DNA of 63,759 nt, the filler included, from Octopus bimaculoides (taxonomy: Eukaryota): NCBI RefSeq assembly GCF_001194135.2. It is 8 parts of 8 records of this genome, joined end to end, with 100 filler letters (N's around TTAATTAATTAA, not from the genome) between each part and the next. Parts side by side here need not be neighbours in the genome. Positions count along the whole stretch, not along the records: positions 1 to 20,155 come from NC_068981.1; 7 more parts are not named here. The stretch is one strand, 5' to 3'. The notes below the pieces were generated by a model. That model worked only from the letters and a program-made list of their open reading frames with translations. It made no database searches and was not told the DNA's origin. Positions 1-12,800 of the stretch are shown piece after piece. The first letter of the stretch is position 1. Each line of letters opens with the position of its first letter. The translations under genes and the position numbers were made by a program.

Positions 1-51
<51 letters not shown>

Positions 52-567
52 CACAAATATGTATATATATATATATATATACATACACAAATAGTGTGAG
101 TGTATAATAAGAAGTTCAACTACTACTGTATGAATTAGAGTTCTACTAGATTGTTATTTACTGTTAGTTTTCAGTATAGTGGTTAGTATACGACTGTTCT
201 TAGAATTGTTACTAATTGACATACAGAACATATGTAGTGGAAAATTAAGATGAGCACAAGCATAAATTTATAGTTCCTACGTACGTTTCACTATTGCCTT
301 TCATTGGATGCTCCAAATTCTTTTGAATGCCTAATTGCAACAGATCATCAGAGGAACGTTTTACTGCATTCTGTTACAGACATCTAATATCTGAGGTTAG
401 TCACATAGCTACGTAATTTATACGCATTTAAAGAAGGAAATAGAAAGAAAGCAAGTGATGGTGAGAGAAAAAGAGAAGACCGAACAACGTAGTAGTAAAA
501 GGGAGAAAAGGTAAAGCCTAATAATAAATAAGTAAAGAAAACAATAAAAATGTAAGTTCTTATACTT

Positions 568-611
<44 letters not shown>

Positions 612-634
612 ACACGCGCGCGNNNNNNNNNNNN

Positions 635-692
<58 letters not shown>

Positions 693-1563
693 GCATAACA
701 GTGCGAGAAAAGAGACCGATAGTATAAGTTCAAGGCTTAAAGAATAATTATAGGTGTCGATTCATTCAGCTAAATTTCTTCGAGGCGGTGCTTCAGCATT
801 GCCACAGCCTAATGACTGAAACAAGTAAAAGATAAAACAGGTGTGATTGTTTAGAAATCGTTATATGCGTTGTGAACAGTGAGAATAAAAAACAATGACA
901 TATTTATTCTGAGTACGTTCTGGCGGATTCGAACGCGAATATGCTTATCATTTTTGCATTTCATCAAAGAAGAACAGTTCCTCTTTTACGGCGGATATGT
1001 GTTCATGACACTCTCGATTTATTCATACAAGGGATCCTGACACATCTGGTGCCACAACACGGTTATGTCACATCAACAAGAAGCATTTCCTCTGATATCA
1101 CCTGATCAAAATTTTCCGAAAATGAAAACCTTTATTCAAAGTGACTCATGCCTTTAAATTCAATTACTAAAATCAGCGGTCTTATCTTAGTCTTATTCGA
1201 TCTCAACGAAGCATATTCAAACCAATGATTAAGAAAGTATAGAAACTGAACGCTGATTATCCTGTGTCACACAATTTTTGTCCTTGGGTAGCAGCACTGT
1301 TATATCGTATTTGCTTACCCTTAGAAAGTATGAAAAATGGCTAATATTTCCCGCAAACTTTTCTTTTGTTACATTTATTCAAACCCCAAAGAATCCCTCT
1401 CAATATATGGCTATGATGCTACCATCTACTAAGTGATATGTTCAAGTGGTTAAAGTCAAGCAACTGACAAGCAAATCCGTGGTATTGAGCAGAATATTTG
1501 CTAAAACGATATTTCAGTAACGTGTAAGCTTAGTACTTATTCTATATATATATATATATATAT

Positions 1564-1870
1564 ATGCCCTGCCAAAACATTTGAAAGACCTGCAAGACAT
1601 GGATATAGAGGTCTTCAAGACAAAACTCGACGCTTTCCTCTCCACGATACCAGAAGAACCAATGGCTCGAAATGAGACGCAGTTTAGGGCAGCGATGTCA
1701 AATTCTCTTATACACCAGATGTACCATCAAAACTCTTGATTGGACTATATCAGGTAGAGGAGAAGAGCCATGCAAGGAACGTGAAGAGAGCACAGCATAC
1801 AGACGAAAAGTCACGGTGGTGTTCCAGCATGACCACAGCCACTTGGCTGAAACCCATAAATAAATAAATA
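1564..1870 (+). mobile_element. 3' end of a CR1/L2-group LINE (RT C-terminus plus 3' UTR)
   Basis: ALPKHLKDLQDMDIEVFKTKLDAFLSTIPEEPMARNETQFRAAMSNSLIHQ (FKxxLDxFL motif), then a 3' stem-loop and a (TAAA)n tail. Confidence 0.75.
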
Positions 1871-2210
1871 ATATATATATATATATATANNNNNNNNNNN
1901 NNNNNNNNNNNNNNNNNNNNNNNNNNNNNNNNNNNNNNNNNNNNNNNNNNNNNNNNNNNNNNNNNNNNNNNNNNNNNNNNNNNNNNNNNNNNNNNNNNNN
2001 NNNNNNNNNNNNNNNNNNNNNNNNNNNNNNNNNNNNNNNNNNNNNNNNNNNNNNNNNNNNNNNNNNNNNNNNNNNNNNNNNNNNNNNNNNNNNNNNNNNN
2101 NNNNNNNNNNNNNNNNNNNNNNNNNNNNNNNNNNNNNNNNNNNNNNNNNNNNNNNNNNNNNNNNNNNNNNNNNNNNNNNNNNNNNNNNNNNNNNNNNNNN
2201 NNNNNNNNNN

Positions 2211-2243
<33 letters not shown>

Positions 2244-2929
2244 AATATTGATTTGGCTTGCAGTCTACGTTTGATAAATTAATGTGAAACTTAAGGCAAT
2301 TTTCAGAATACATTAATAAACAAATATACCCTAACCATGTCCAATTATTTGATAAAGTCATTTCAAATACGTGCATTTTTTTCTTTGATATTTTTTTTTT
2401 ATAGTATGTTTATTTTTTTCAAAGGACATATGAGATAGGTTGGGAGGTACATCGTGTCTAATTTTAATTTAAATATGTTATTTCGCCCGGCGCTTTCATC
2501 TGTGAGGCTTCTCTAGTTATAAGCTAGAAGAGAAAAATCTGTCTTTTGAAATACTTTCAGGCTACTAATAATTACTCTGGTAACTTCCTGTTATGTGTTT
2601 TCTATTCACTATTACAGTTGCGTGAAATTCTGTAATTCGTAGCTGTACTGAAGTCATAGAAAATACTTGTCATTAATTTAGAGCCTTAAAGTTCGTATTT
2701 TTAATTATTCATATTACGCTCACCCTAAAGCAAGTTATTTCACGCTTGTATTATGAATGGCATATCTTGTCTTCTTAGCATTTTGTTAACATATTATATT
2801 CTTTAAACTCACTATCTTTTATTGTATTGTAGCTTTTACATCCTATAACTCTTATTTTATCTTTGCATCAGTATTTATTAAAATATTCGCTTTTTTTACC
2901 TCCCTTCTACAATAATTCGCTTCCTGGTC

Positions 2930-3790
2930 ACTGTAGTTTTAAACGTTGACATAGGAAGTGTTACAGGTGTTTTCATTTCAGTTATTTTGTATGTCGAGAA
3001 TAAGGTTTTATTCTTGTTAAGTTTATAGCGGACGTTTGTGATTGTAATCTTTATGCAAAAAAATATTTGATGAAAAGATTTTCTTGATTAGATTTTATTC
3101 ATTCTTTTCGTTTTCTTTTACAGATTCATCGCAGTAAACGTTCATCTAACTCTGGGTGAAAAAGAAGCTAACTCCTGGGAACCACCTTAAACACTTACAC
3201 ATAAATAGTCACCCCGAAAACCCACCCGCCCTCCACACTCCATAATAATTTACTTTGCACCTACATAGGGCCCTTTCTAGCACTAAGAACTTCCTAAACT
3301 CTAGTAATAATATAATTCTTAGCCATAATAGAATTTTAAACCAGCCTACCTAGTCCAATATTCGTATCAGTTAGCCCCCTTGTCAACCTAAGTTAGAGTT
3401 ACCCCCTTCACTTACACCGCTGGTGACTAAAAGCAAATTTAATACACACGTGCGATAAAATGCGCTTAGTCAAACTCAGAAACCCACACCTAAATAATAT
3501 TCCCCCTGCTGTAATTGCCCAACGAAACTAACGAGTTTATTGCAATGAAACCTCTCCCCAGCGAAATTACCAGCACAAGAACAAAATGTAATGTAAGACT
3601 TACTATCTTTCCTTCTATTACCATTACATATGTATCAATTATTTTCGCATCCTAACCGATGTACCTATCTATTTTCGCATTCTGAAGAGATTTTCTAAAA
3701 GTAGTAAATCGAAACGATCGTAAATGCTACCTTCATATTTGCTTTCTTCGAAGCAATACCAGCGAAAACGACGAGTCTCCCCTTGTTATT
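2930..3790 (+). mobile_element. Degenerate Penelope-like element remnant (ORF end plus pLTR carrying the HHR)
   Basis: Decayed frame ending ...NETSPQRNYQHKNKM* (about 3543-3590) resembles the C-x-H-x-N-K end of PLE GIY-YIG ORFs. It is followed by the HHR; a strong polypyrimidine/AG at 3100-3123 lies upstream. Confidence 0.5.
3677..3727 (+). ncRNA. Minimal type I hammerhead ribozyme, intact core
   Basis: GCATT-CTGAAGA-GATTT(tCTAaaagTAGt)AAATC-GAAA-CGATCG-TA-AATGC. Helix I 5 bp, helix II 5+3 bp, palindromic helix III ACGATCGT, GUA triplet; predicted cleavage after 3722. Confidence 0.85.
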
Positions 3791-3949
3791 ACGTCCATTT
3801 TATTCTCCTATATAACCTAAAGTACGGTCTACCAACCGAACTACCTGCTACCACACAACCTTACAAAAGATTGTACCTACCCAGGTAATAATCAGGAGCG
3901 ACTTTGGATTTAATTATCCCTTAGAGGTATTAAACTCCTCTAACTGATA

Positions 3950-3982
<33 letters not shown>

Positions 3983-4262
3983 NNNNNNNNNNNNNNNNNN
4001 NNNNNNNNNNNNNNNNNNNNNNNNNNNNNNNNNNNNNNNNNNNNNNNNNNNNNNNNNNNNNNNNNNNNNNNNNNNNNNNNNNNNNNNNNNNNNNNNNNNN
4101 NNNNNNNNNNNNNNNNNNNNNNNNNNNNNNNNNNNNNNNNNNNNNNNNNNNNNNNNNNNNNNNNNNNNNNNNNNNNNNNNNNNNNNNNNNNNNNNNNNNN
4201 NNNNNNNNNNNNNNNNNNNNNNNNNNNNNNNNNNNNNNNNNNNNNNNNNNNNNNNNNNNNNN

Positions 4263-4313
<51 letters not shown>

Positions 4314-4408
4314 TCACACAATTGACAGAGGATCAAAAGTGGTATCAGCATTACAAGAAATAAGAGTGAAAACTATAAATAATATGGATAGCTAATTAGC
4401 AATTTAAC

Positions 4409-4990
4409 AGCCTAACGAGAATTCAGATGGTCTGCATTAAAATTTGAAATCACATGATATGGCTATATCTGCGACCGTAAGAAGCTTTGTCTTCCTTGTC
4501 AGCTTATTAAGATAGTACTATTGAGGCTAATGAGTCGTTTTGACTGTTCTTTCTAGCAATGCCGGTACCACTTCGTACCCTCTGTCATTTTAGTGACGGC
4601 TATAAATTTGCATTTATGCTGGTAAATTGCTAATAAGCGACCCATATTATTTATGGTTTTCACTTCTACCGTTTTTGAAATCAACACCATGTTTTCAACG
4701 GTTTTTGTTATAAGGTGGCGAGGCGAGTAGAGCTTAACCCTAGGCTTAGTAAGAGCCACTGACGAGAATTAAGATTGTCTGCATCAAAATTCTAAATCAC
4801 GTGATATATCTGCGACCGTAGGGAGATTTGTCCCCCTTGCCAGTCTATTAAGATAATGCTCTTGTGTTTAATGAGTCGTTTTGTCTGTTATTTCTAGCAA
4901 TGCTGGTACCACATTGTACCTTGTATCGCTTTAGTAACTTCTATAAATTTGCCGTTAGGTTGTTAAATTGCTAATAAGCAACCCATTTTA
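4409..4990 (+). repeat. Tandem ~347-bp units each starting with a degenerate type I hammerhead (retrozyme-like / pLTR array)
   Basis: Unit 1 core CTAACGA at 4412, unit 2 core CTGACGA at 4759. Both continue GAATT..AATT(T/C)-(G/T)AAA-TCAC(A/G)TGA-TA and share the following ~180 nt. An inverted partial copy lies at 4366-4410. Confidence 0.75.
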
Positions 4991-5720
4991 ATTATACATA
5001 TAGATGTGTGTGTGAACCCCACTTGGTATTGGTTTGATTAGATCCCGGTAACTTAGCTGTTCGGCTAAAGACACCGATAAAACAAGTACCAAACTTAAAG
5101 AAAGTTAAGTGCTGGGGTCGCTGTGTTCCGTTAAAACCCTTCAAGGTGGTGCCCTATCACGGACGTAATCCAGTGATAGAAATAAGCAAAGGGGCAAAAG
5201 GGATAATATTTTTAGATTGACTCATTCTCTCACGGTCACAAGATATCTTAATTTTGGATTCGTATATATCATAGATTAGATCCAAAATTCATTTTTAAAG
5301 TAAACATAGTAATTTCCGTTTCCAAAAAAACCCACAGGACTGTAGATAAGGACATTATTTACAAGATTTAATTTAGAAATGGAAATTACTGGAATCTAGA
5401 TCACGAGCATATCTAGCAAAGTTGGCACTTGAGATGGAATTACTCAAAATGCTATGTAGAAATAAACATACACTCAGTAGTTCGGTATGTAATATAATAG
5501 TTTATGTGAGACAGTTAGGTTTTTAACGTTTATAAAGACTAGCCAAATTGATGTTTTGCTAATATGATTATAAATAGTTGGTGTCTTTGTTGATTCTTCG
5601 CTATAGTATTGTGGTTTTCTACTATTATGTTTCAAGTGAGCTGCCAGATTCGTAAGAGCGTCGGAAAGGATGCCTAGCGATGTTTTTTCGGCTCATTATA
5701 TTTTTCTGAGTTCTGATCTT

Positions 5721-6048
5721 GCACATGGCTCAGTGGTTAGAACGTCGAGTTTACGATCGTGATATTGTGAGTTCGATACCAGGACCGGGCTGCGTGTTGT
5801 GTTCTTGAGCAAGCCACTTTATTTCACTTTGCTCCAGTTCGCTCAGCTGTAGAAATGAGTTGCGACGTCACTGGTGCCAAGCTGTATCGGCCTTTGCTTT
5901 TCCCTTGGGTAACACTGGTGGCATGGAGAAGGGAGGCCGTTATGCATGGGCGACTGCTGGTTTTCCATAAGCAACTTGCTCGGACTTGTGCCTCGGAGGG
6001 TAACTTTCTAGGTGCAATCCCATGGTCAGTCATGACCGAAGGGGGTCT
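5721..6048 (+). mobile_element. SINE family C (tRNA head plus CORE-like segment)
   Basis: gcacatggctcagtggttagaacgtcgag..gagttcgatacc (A and B boxes), then ttgagcaagccactttatttcactttgctccagttcgctcagctgtagaaatgag. Related pieces at 12240-12400 (minus) and 50245-50515. Confidence 0.75.
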
Positions 6049-7815
6049 CAGCATGATCTTGCCGTTGTCAACTTAGCTTTTCGAGCTTACGGGTCGATAA
6101 AGTGCCAGTCAAGTACTGGAGTTGATGTAATCGAGTTATTCCTTCCCCTAAAACTGCTTGTCTTTTACCAAAAATTTGCAACTATTATATTTCATTCAGG
6201 TGGTAGCAACTTTTATGCATTTAGTTTTATTTGTAGCATTTATAAGCAAAGAATAAAATTATAGTCAAATAAAGCAGTCTCGTAGAAGACTGAGCATAGA
6301 AGAGTAAAGCGAGAATCAGAAAATCGGATAAATTCAGAGTAATTGATGAAAGAATCGAAAAGCAAAGTGCTTATTGCCAAATTGCTTTTTTCATCAGTCC
6401 ACTGAGTAAATGGCAAAATGTAAAACCTGTAACCACACTGGGGTGTGAATGCTCCTTCTCCAGGAATGATAAAACACTGGCCAGCGGGCAAAAATTACTC
6501 GATGTTCAGTCCAAAACTGTCTTCTGACAAAATCTCTAAAACCTTTACGCAATAAATAAATAAATGAAACATGTAAATAGAAAAGATGTGATTAATTTAT
6601 TTAGCGATGAATCTCTAAAATTGTTTTGCTTTCAGGTTACATCTGGCCCAACTGGATTTATGCACTTATATGTGGCTTGTAGTATTTAAAGTGGTTCTCC
6701 ACCTCCTACTCAATGTGATTGCTTGACTTGTTAGAAAAATTAGCCTAAAATTACATCCTGAAATTATTCCTGAAATGACATCCATTCAGGCGTATATAAT
6801 ACAGGGATATTTGATGCACTTTCTGAAAATAGATAACATTAAATAACTAAAGCAAATACTGATTGGGCTCCCAAAAACGAAACGTGATTGTTACAGATGC
6901 AAAACCATACACCTTTATATGGACCATATATGGACCAAGAGTGGTTGAATCAGCAAGAACAATAACGATGACAGAAACAATAAGGCATCAGCAACAACAA
7001 CAACAACAACATCTAACAGTCTGCATATCATTACAAGACAGAAACCACAACAACAAAAAAAAAAATGAATAAAATAATAATTATAATAAAAACTGAAAAA
7101 AATTATTGTTTACTTAATCAACGAGAATCTTGGCTCCGTATTTTCAATCAATAATACAAGCTAGCTAAGGCTAGAGGTTTTTGCCAGTCAAAAGAGATGA
7201 AAGTAGGACCATAGTTAATTAAAATCTATAACTATGTATGGTTATTTTTCCGAGTAGAGGTGAGATATGTACCTGTAGTTTTGGGCAAAGTCTTTTCTTT
7301 GTAGGATGAAAAAATACGAGATGATACGGTTTCTAAAAAGATCTCACATTAAGAAAATAAACAGTGAAGTTACACGCGTTTTCTCCCTACGCATGTTTTC
7401 ACATGCGTAAGAGTAGAGAACATCATAGATCTAATTAGAAATATGAAATGAAGGGGAATGACAAATTTAATTCAACAATTGATTTGCCTCAGTCTTTTTG
7501 ACCGTGGATATAGAACACAATTTCGAGTATGTTTCTGTCTCTTTAGACCTCAACAGTAGAGCACATTCTGTCATCTTAAAAAAAAGACACATTAAGCAAT
7601 GTAGTCCTAGATATCTAAAAACTGGCTGGAATGTCCTTTCCTTGTAGTGCTGTGTAAACATGCCTGACCTGGAGTTAAATGAGAGCCACAACTTGTTCTT
7701 TGGTGATCACAATAAGACGAAAATGAAATGGCTTACTTTAGATTTGATACGATACCAAAGATTTTCTTAGATAAACACGAAACGGGTTGGTGTTACATTA
7801 TTATATATTAAACAG

Positions 7816-8039
7816 GGCGGCGAGCAGGCAAAATCGTTAGTTGGTCGGACAAAATGCTCAGCGGCATTTCGTCCGTCCTTACGTTCTGAGTTGAAATTCC
7901 GCCGAGGTCGACTTTGCTTTTCATCATTTCGGGGTGAGATAAGTAAAATAAGTACCAGTCGAACACTGGGGCTGATGTAATCGACTAGTACCCTCCTCAC
8001 AAATTTCAGGTTTTGTGCCTATAGTAGAAAGGATTATTA
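7816..8039 (+). mobile_element. SINE family A (GGCGGCGAGCTGGCAGAA head)
   Basis: Shared core ttacgttctgagttcaaattccgccgaggtcgactttgcctttcatcctttcggggtcgataaa..aagtaccagt recurs more than 10 times in the window (also near 8090, 40056, 41030, 49745, 55745, 55920, 59516). Confidence 0.85.
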
Positions 8040-8878
8040 TACATTAAATATATATTCAAACATTATTGGCAGTTTTATATTAGGTATTAGATTAGCAGAG
8101 TCATTAGAGTGCTGGAAAAATGCCTAGCAGTGTTTGTACTGACATTTACATTCTGAATTCAAGTCCTGCTGAATTCAGTTTTGTCTTTCATCCTTTCGGG
8201 GGTCGATAAAATGTAATACCAGTCAAGTACTGGGTAATGGTATCGACTACCCTCCTCCCATCAAAGCTGCTGTTCTTTGTGTCAAATTAGAAGAAAAAAA
8301 AAAAAACTATCGGCAGTGAAAGTGAAATGAAATAACTTCTAAGTGAATGGAAACCGAATCGCCATTTTGTCTTAACGGGAGCTTAACTCTACTCTATGGC
8401 GATTGCTGTAAGTTACAAATATATTCTACTTCATTCCATTGTCTTGGAAAGATAGTTTATCACTCATACAGTTATAGAAAACAACTCCATTTTCTCTTTG
8501 TTCGTTTTTTTCTTTCTTTTTTATTTCTTTCTCGCTTTTGCCGCAACTTTTCTTTGTCGCCAATGTTACTACTTGCAACGACGTCAGAAATAACGGAATA
8601 ATTAGTTTTACGATTATTATGGGATATGACAAGACATTTAATTTCATCAACAAAAAAATTTTTCCCCCGAAAGATTTAAACATGAAAGTGAGTTTCTTAT
8701 TTTTTTTAACGAGTTGTTGGCAGTCTTTCAAGCTATATACGATATTATTTCACTTGTGGTAATTCATTTTATCGACAACTGATTGCAGCTAACTTAAATG
8801 GCGAGAGACTATGTCGGAATTTAATCATCTACATTATTAATATAGCAAAAAAATTTAACAAAAATGAGTTTTATCTTG

Positions 8879-8928
<50 letters not shown>

Positions 8929-9458
8929 CAGACTTGATGTCAAAGAGAAGACAGTGAAAGAGAGGAGAAAGATTGAAGACAAAAGATTGAGAGAGTGATG
9001 GGGAGAGAAAACTTAGCGAGAATAAATTTGAAGGATAAAGAGTGAAGGAGGGGGAGAAATGACGGAAACAAAAGAAGTGAATAACTTGTAAAAACTGAGA
9101 TAAGTAACACCATTTGCCAGAATGCTACTCATTGTATCTCAGGGATATAATCGATTTAATTAACCAGAGTATGTAACTGGTACATATTTTAACGACTCAT
9201 ACATACAAGAAAGTCTGTGTCCAGTTGAATGGTGTTCGAATACAACGTAAGGAAGTGCACCGAAACACTGCGAAGTAGATATAAAGACACTTGTTTTTTT
9301 TACGAGCTAACCAATTTATTTGAAAAGTATCGTCGAATACATTGATTCAAGTAGTTAACTGTTTCTTATTTTTTCAACCTTAGAAAGATAAACAATCATT
9401 CTTCCCGGTATTTCATCTCAGAATGTAAATGGATATGAAATATCTAGATTTGAATAGA

Positions 9459-9862
9459 AGGCGGTGAGCTAGCAGAAACGTTAGCACGCCGGGCGAAATG
9501 CTTAGCAGTATTTCGTCTGCCGTTACGTTCTGAGTTCAAATTCCGCCGAGGTCGACTTTACCTTTCATCCTTTCGGGGTCGATAAATCAAGTACCAGTTG
9601 CGCACTGGGGTCGATACAATCGACTTAATCTCCTTGTCAGTCCTTGTTTTTCCCCTCTATGTTTAGCCCCTTGTGGGCAATAAAGAAATAAGAAACGTTA
9701 GCACGCCGGACGAAATACTTAGCGGTATTTCGTCTGTCTTTACATTCTGCGTTCAAATTCCGCCGAGGTCGACTTTGCCTTTCATCCTTTCGGGGTCGAT
9801 AAATCAAGTACCAGTTGCGCACTGGGGTCGATACAATCGACTTAATCTCCTTGTCAGTCCTT
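9459..9862 (+). mobile_element. Tandem pair of SINE family A copies
   Basis: Two head-to-tail copies (9459-9692 and 9693-9862); the second runs into a gap. Confidence 0.9.
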
Positions 9863-12800
9863 NNNNNNNNNNNNNNNNNNNNNNNNNNNNNNNNNNNNNN
9901 NNNNNNNNNNNNNNNNNNNNNNNNNNNNNNNNNNNNNNNNNNNNNNNNNNNNNNNNNNNNNNNNNNNNNNNNNNNNNNNNNNNNNNNNNNNNNNNNNNNN
10001 NNNNNNNNNNNNNNNNNNNNNNNNNNNNNNNNNNNNNNNNNNNNNNNNNNNNNNNNNNNNNNNNNNNNNNNNNNNNNNNNNNNNNNNNNNNNNNNNNNNN
10101 NNNNNNNNNNNNNNNNNNNNNNNNNNNNNNNNNNNNNNNNNNNNNNNNNNNNNNNNNNNNNNNNNNNNNNNNNNNNNNNNNNNNNNNNNNNNNNNNNNNA
10201 ACATGTAATGTAAACGTTTTTATGATTTAGTTTCATTATTTTGATGCTGATGCAAACTTACACTAGATTATTAGGACTCTAGGTTTTAATGAAGCGGTAT
10301 TTTACCCGGGACCCTGCTGGCCACACTGTCCCCAACACGAGCAAAAGACTGGGTCTCTAGGAAGTCGCAAGGTCGGCGGGAAAAAAAAAATCCCCACAAA
10401 AAAAAAACAAAAAAAAAATGGTACTCCATCGGTTACGATAACAAAGGCTCCAGATGATCTGATCAACAGAACAGTTTGATCGTGAAATTAACATGCAAAT
10501 GGTTGAGCGGTCCACAGTCACTCGTATCCTTAACGCAGTTCGTAGGAAAACTCAGCGTCACACGGAACGTAACCAGTAAACCGTGCACCTTCGATACTTG
10601 CTGAAAATAGCAGCCAAATCGTTTTCAAATCACACCTTACTGTCTTAGAAAATATTCATTAGATAATATAACCCAGGGCATAGGGTACCGTGGAAATTGA
10701 AGAGATGGTTATTGTCAGAATTCCTTTGGTCAACTCTATCAAGATCGAGGTGGTGATAGGCTACAACTGCCACTGTTCTAGAACTAAGTTAACACAATAA
10801 AATAAATTATAAAGCAAAACGATGTAAAATTTTAAAAAAGAACTGCATAAGGTTTTGAATAAATCCAAGAAAATGTTCCACAGTTATTTAAGACTTGTGT
10901 TTTGATGTTAATGCTTTATGAACTGTATTTACAGGTCAAGTGATTTGATTTGGGTTCGTGTGTTGAAATTAAAACAATTACATCGTGGAGACACATATTA
11001 GCCATTCAAAAACACACAAAGACGGTTAACGTCATTTAAGCATTTATTACTTGATGTCAAATCTTTCGTCGCACCAACTGCGGCCTGGACACTGACACAG
11101 TTCTACAACTGATAATATTTTAGTTTAATCTTACTTCTCTTTCTTAATTAATCTTACTTCTCTTTCAGCCAATTGCCATAGTTGGGATATTAATCCTGGT
11201 AGAAACCTTCTGCAACATACAAATTGTTGCCCGTTATTTGCGTTCAGTGTTTTGTGGTCGACTGTGAATTTTAGGTTTTACTATTAGTTTTCACCGACGT
11301 TAACCCCACGCTTGATAAATGAATAAAAAATGTTAATAATTTTCAAGTTCGTTTCCCTCTTCTGAAACCAAAAATGTTTAATCACCTATTGGGTTCGTGT
11401 GTTGAAATTAAAACAATTACATCGTGGAGACACATATTAGCCATTCAAAAACACACAAAGACCGGTTAACTTCATTTAAACATTTATTACTTGATGTCAA
11501 ATCTTTCGTCGCACCAACTGCGGCCTGGACAGTGATAACGAATATTTGATTTATTTCAATTGTAAAAGCTGCATCGAAAAGAATACTTTGAATATTCTAT
11601 TGTTGGGTGAATGTCGCGCAATTTATGTGTCATCATCGAGCTAACTCTTGAGGACATGGATCATGCCAACAGTCAGGAGGCGATAAAAGGAAAGTACACG
11701 TCACTTCTGTAGTGAAGGTGACAAGGTGTCTCTGGCAAAAGTTTCTTAAGCTCATATCATAATTGTAAGCCTTCTTATGCAGAAAAAAAAGACGGAGTGA
11801 GAGGGAGAGAGAGGGGGGGTGGAAGGAAGAAAAAGATGACTGAACTGCTTAATCTTGGACCATATCTCTCACTAATGGGGTTCGCATTTGCGGACAGGCA
11901 TCTCCGCCCCAGTAGCTTTAAGCAGTGATATGGGGGTCGAGAACGCCGGAGGTGTCCACTGTCACAGGTTCGACTATAAACCTGTGAAAGCGAGACCGGT
12001 ACTTTGACACTTTGTCATTCTCGGCCGGACGATTACCGGAGCCTTAAGAAAGGTATGATGATTTACACAAGGCCTTTCACATCACTACATTTGAGGATAA
12101 CCCATGATAATATTCTAATCTGTTTGATATTTATAAGCCAGCGATACAATTATCAACCCCTGGATATTACAGTCACGAGTCCTCGAAATTACAGAGCAGA
12201 TTACCCGGTTTCCATGGGGTGTTAGTTACAGAGAACCCGATGCCAGTACGTGGCAAAGTTACTCATTTACAGTCGAGCGAACTGAATGTGAAATGAGGCG
12301 TTTTGCTCAAGAACACAACGTTCCGCTCGGTCCAGAATTCGAAATCAGGACTTTGCGATCGTGAGTGCTACACGTTGACCGTTAGGTCACGCGTTTTCAC
12401 TATATCACTATATAGTACTGGTACGTATTTACTTGATTCCGAAGAGCAAGGGGAAAGATAATATCAATATGGTGGTATTTTATTGTAGACTTAAAAGATT
12501 TTATGTAATATCTTACAGGATTTTATTAGTCCAACTTCTTAACATTTCCGGCACAACACCTAGCTCGTATCTCTTCTTTAAAAAAAAAAAAAAATTTTTG
12601 GAGCCTGGATAAGATCCTGAAAATAAATCAATTCTTTTAATCAATCGTAGTTGAGAGTTTTGGACTGTGGTCAATGGCCCAGAGAAGAAATTAATTCTGC
12701 ATAACTGATTTATTCACACTTCAGCAAAACTTCGATTGTGTTCCAGCTAATAAAATGTTATATTCTTTTATCGTACACTTTTTACTTGTTTCAGTCAATG

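Noticed and set aside
285-370. Possible 86-nt exon NAVKRSSDDLLQLGIQKNLEHPMKGNSE(T) with GTACGT donor
   Set aside because: Weak acceptor and no recognisable homology; cannot be supported without transcript data.
5721-5790. tRNA gene
   Set aside because: A and B boxes are present but no complete cloverleaf; it continues into a SINE body, so it is a SINE head.
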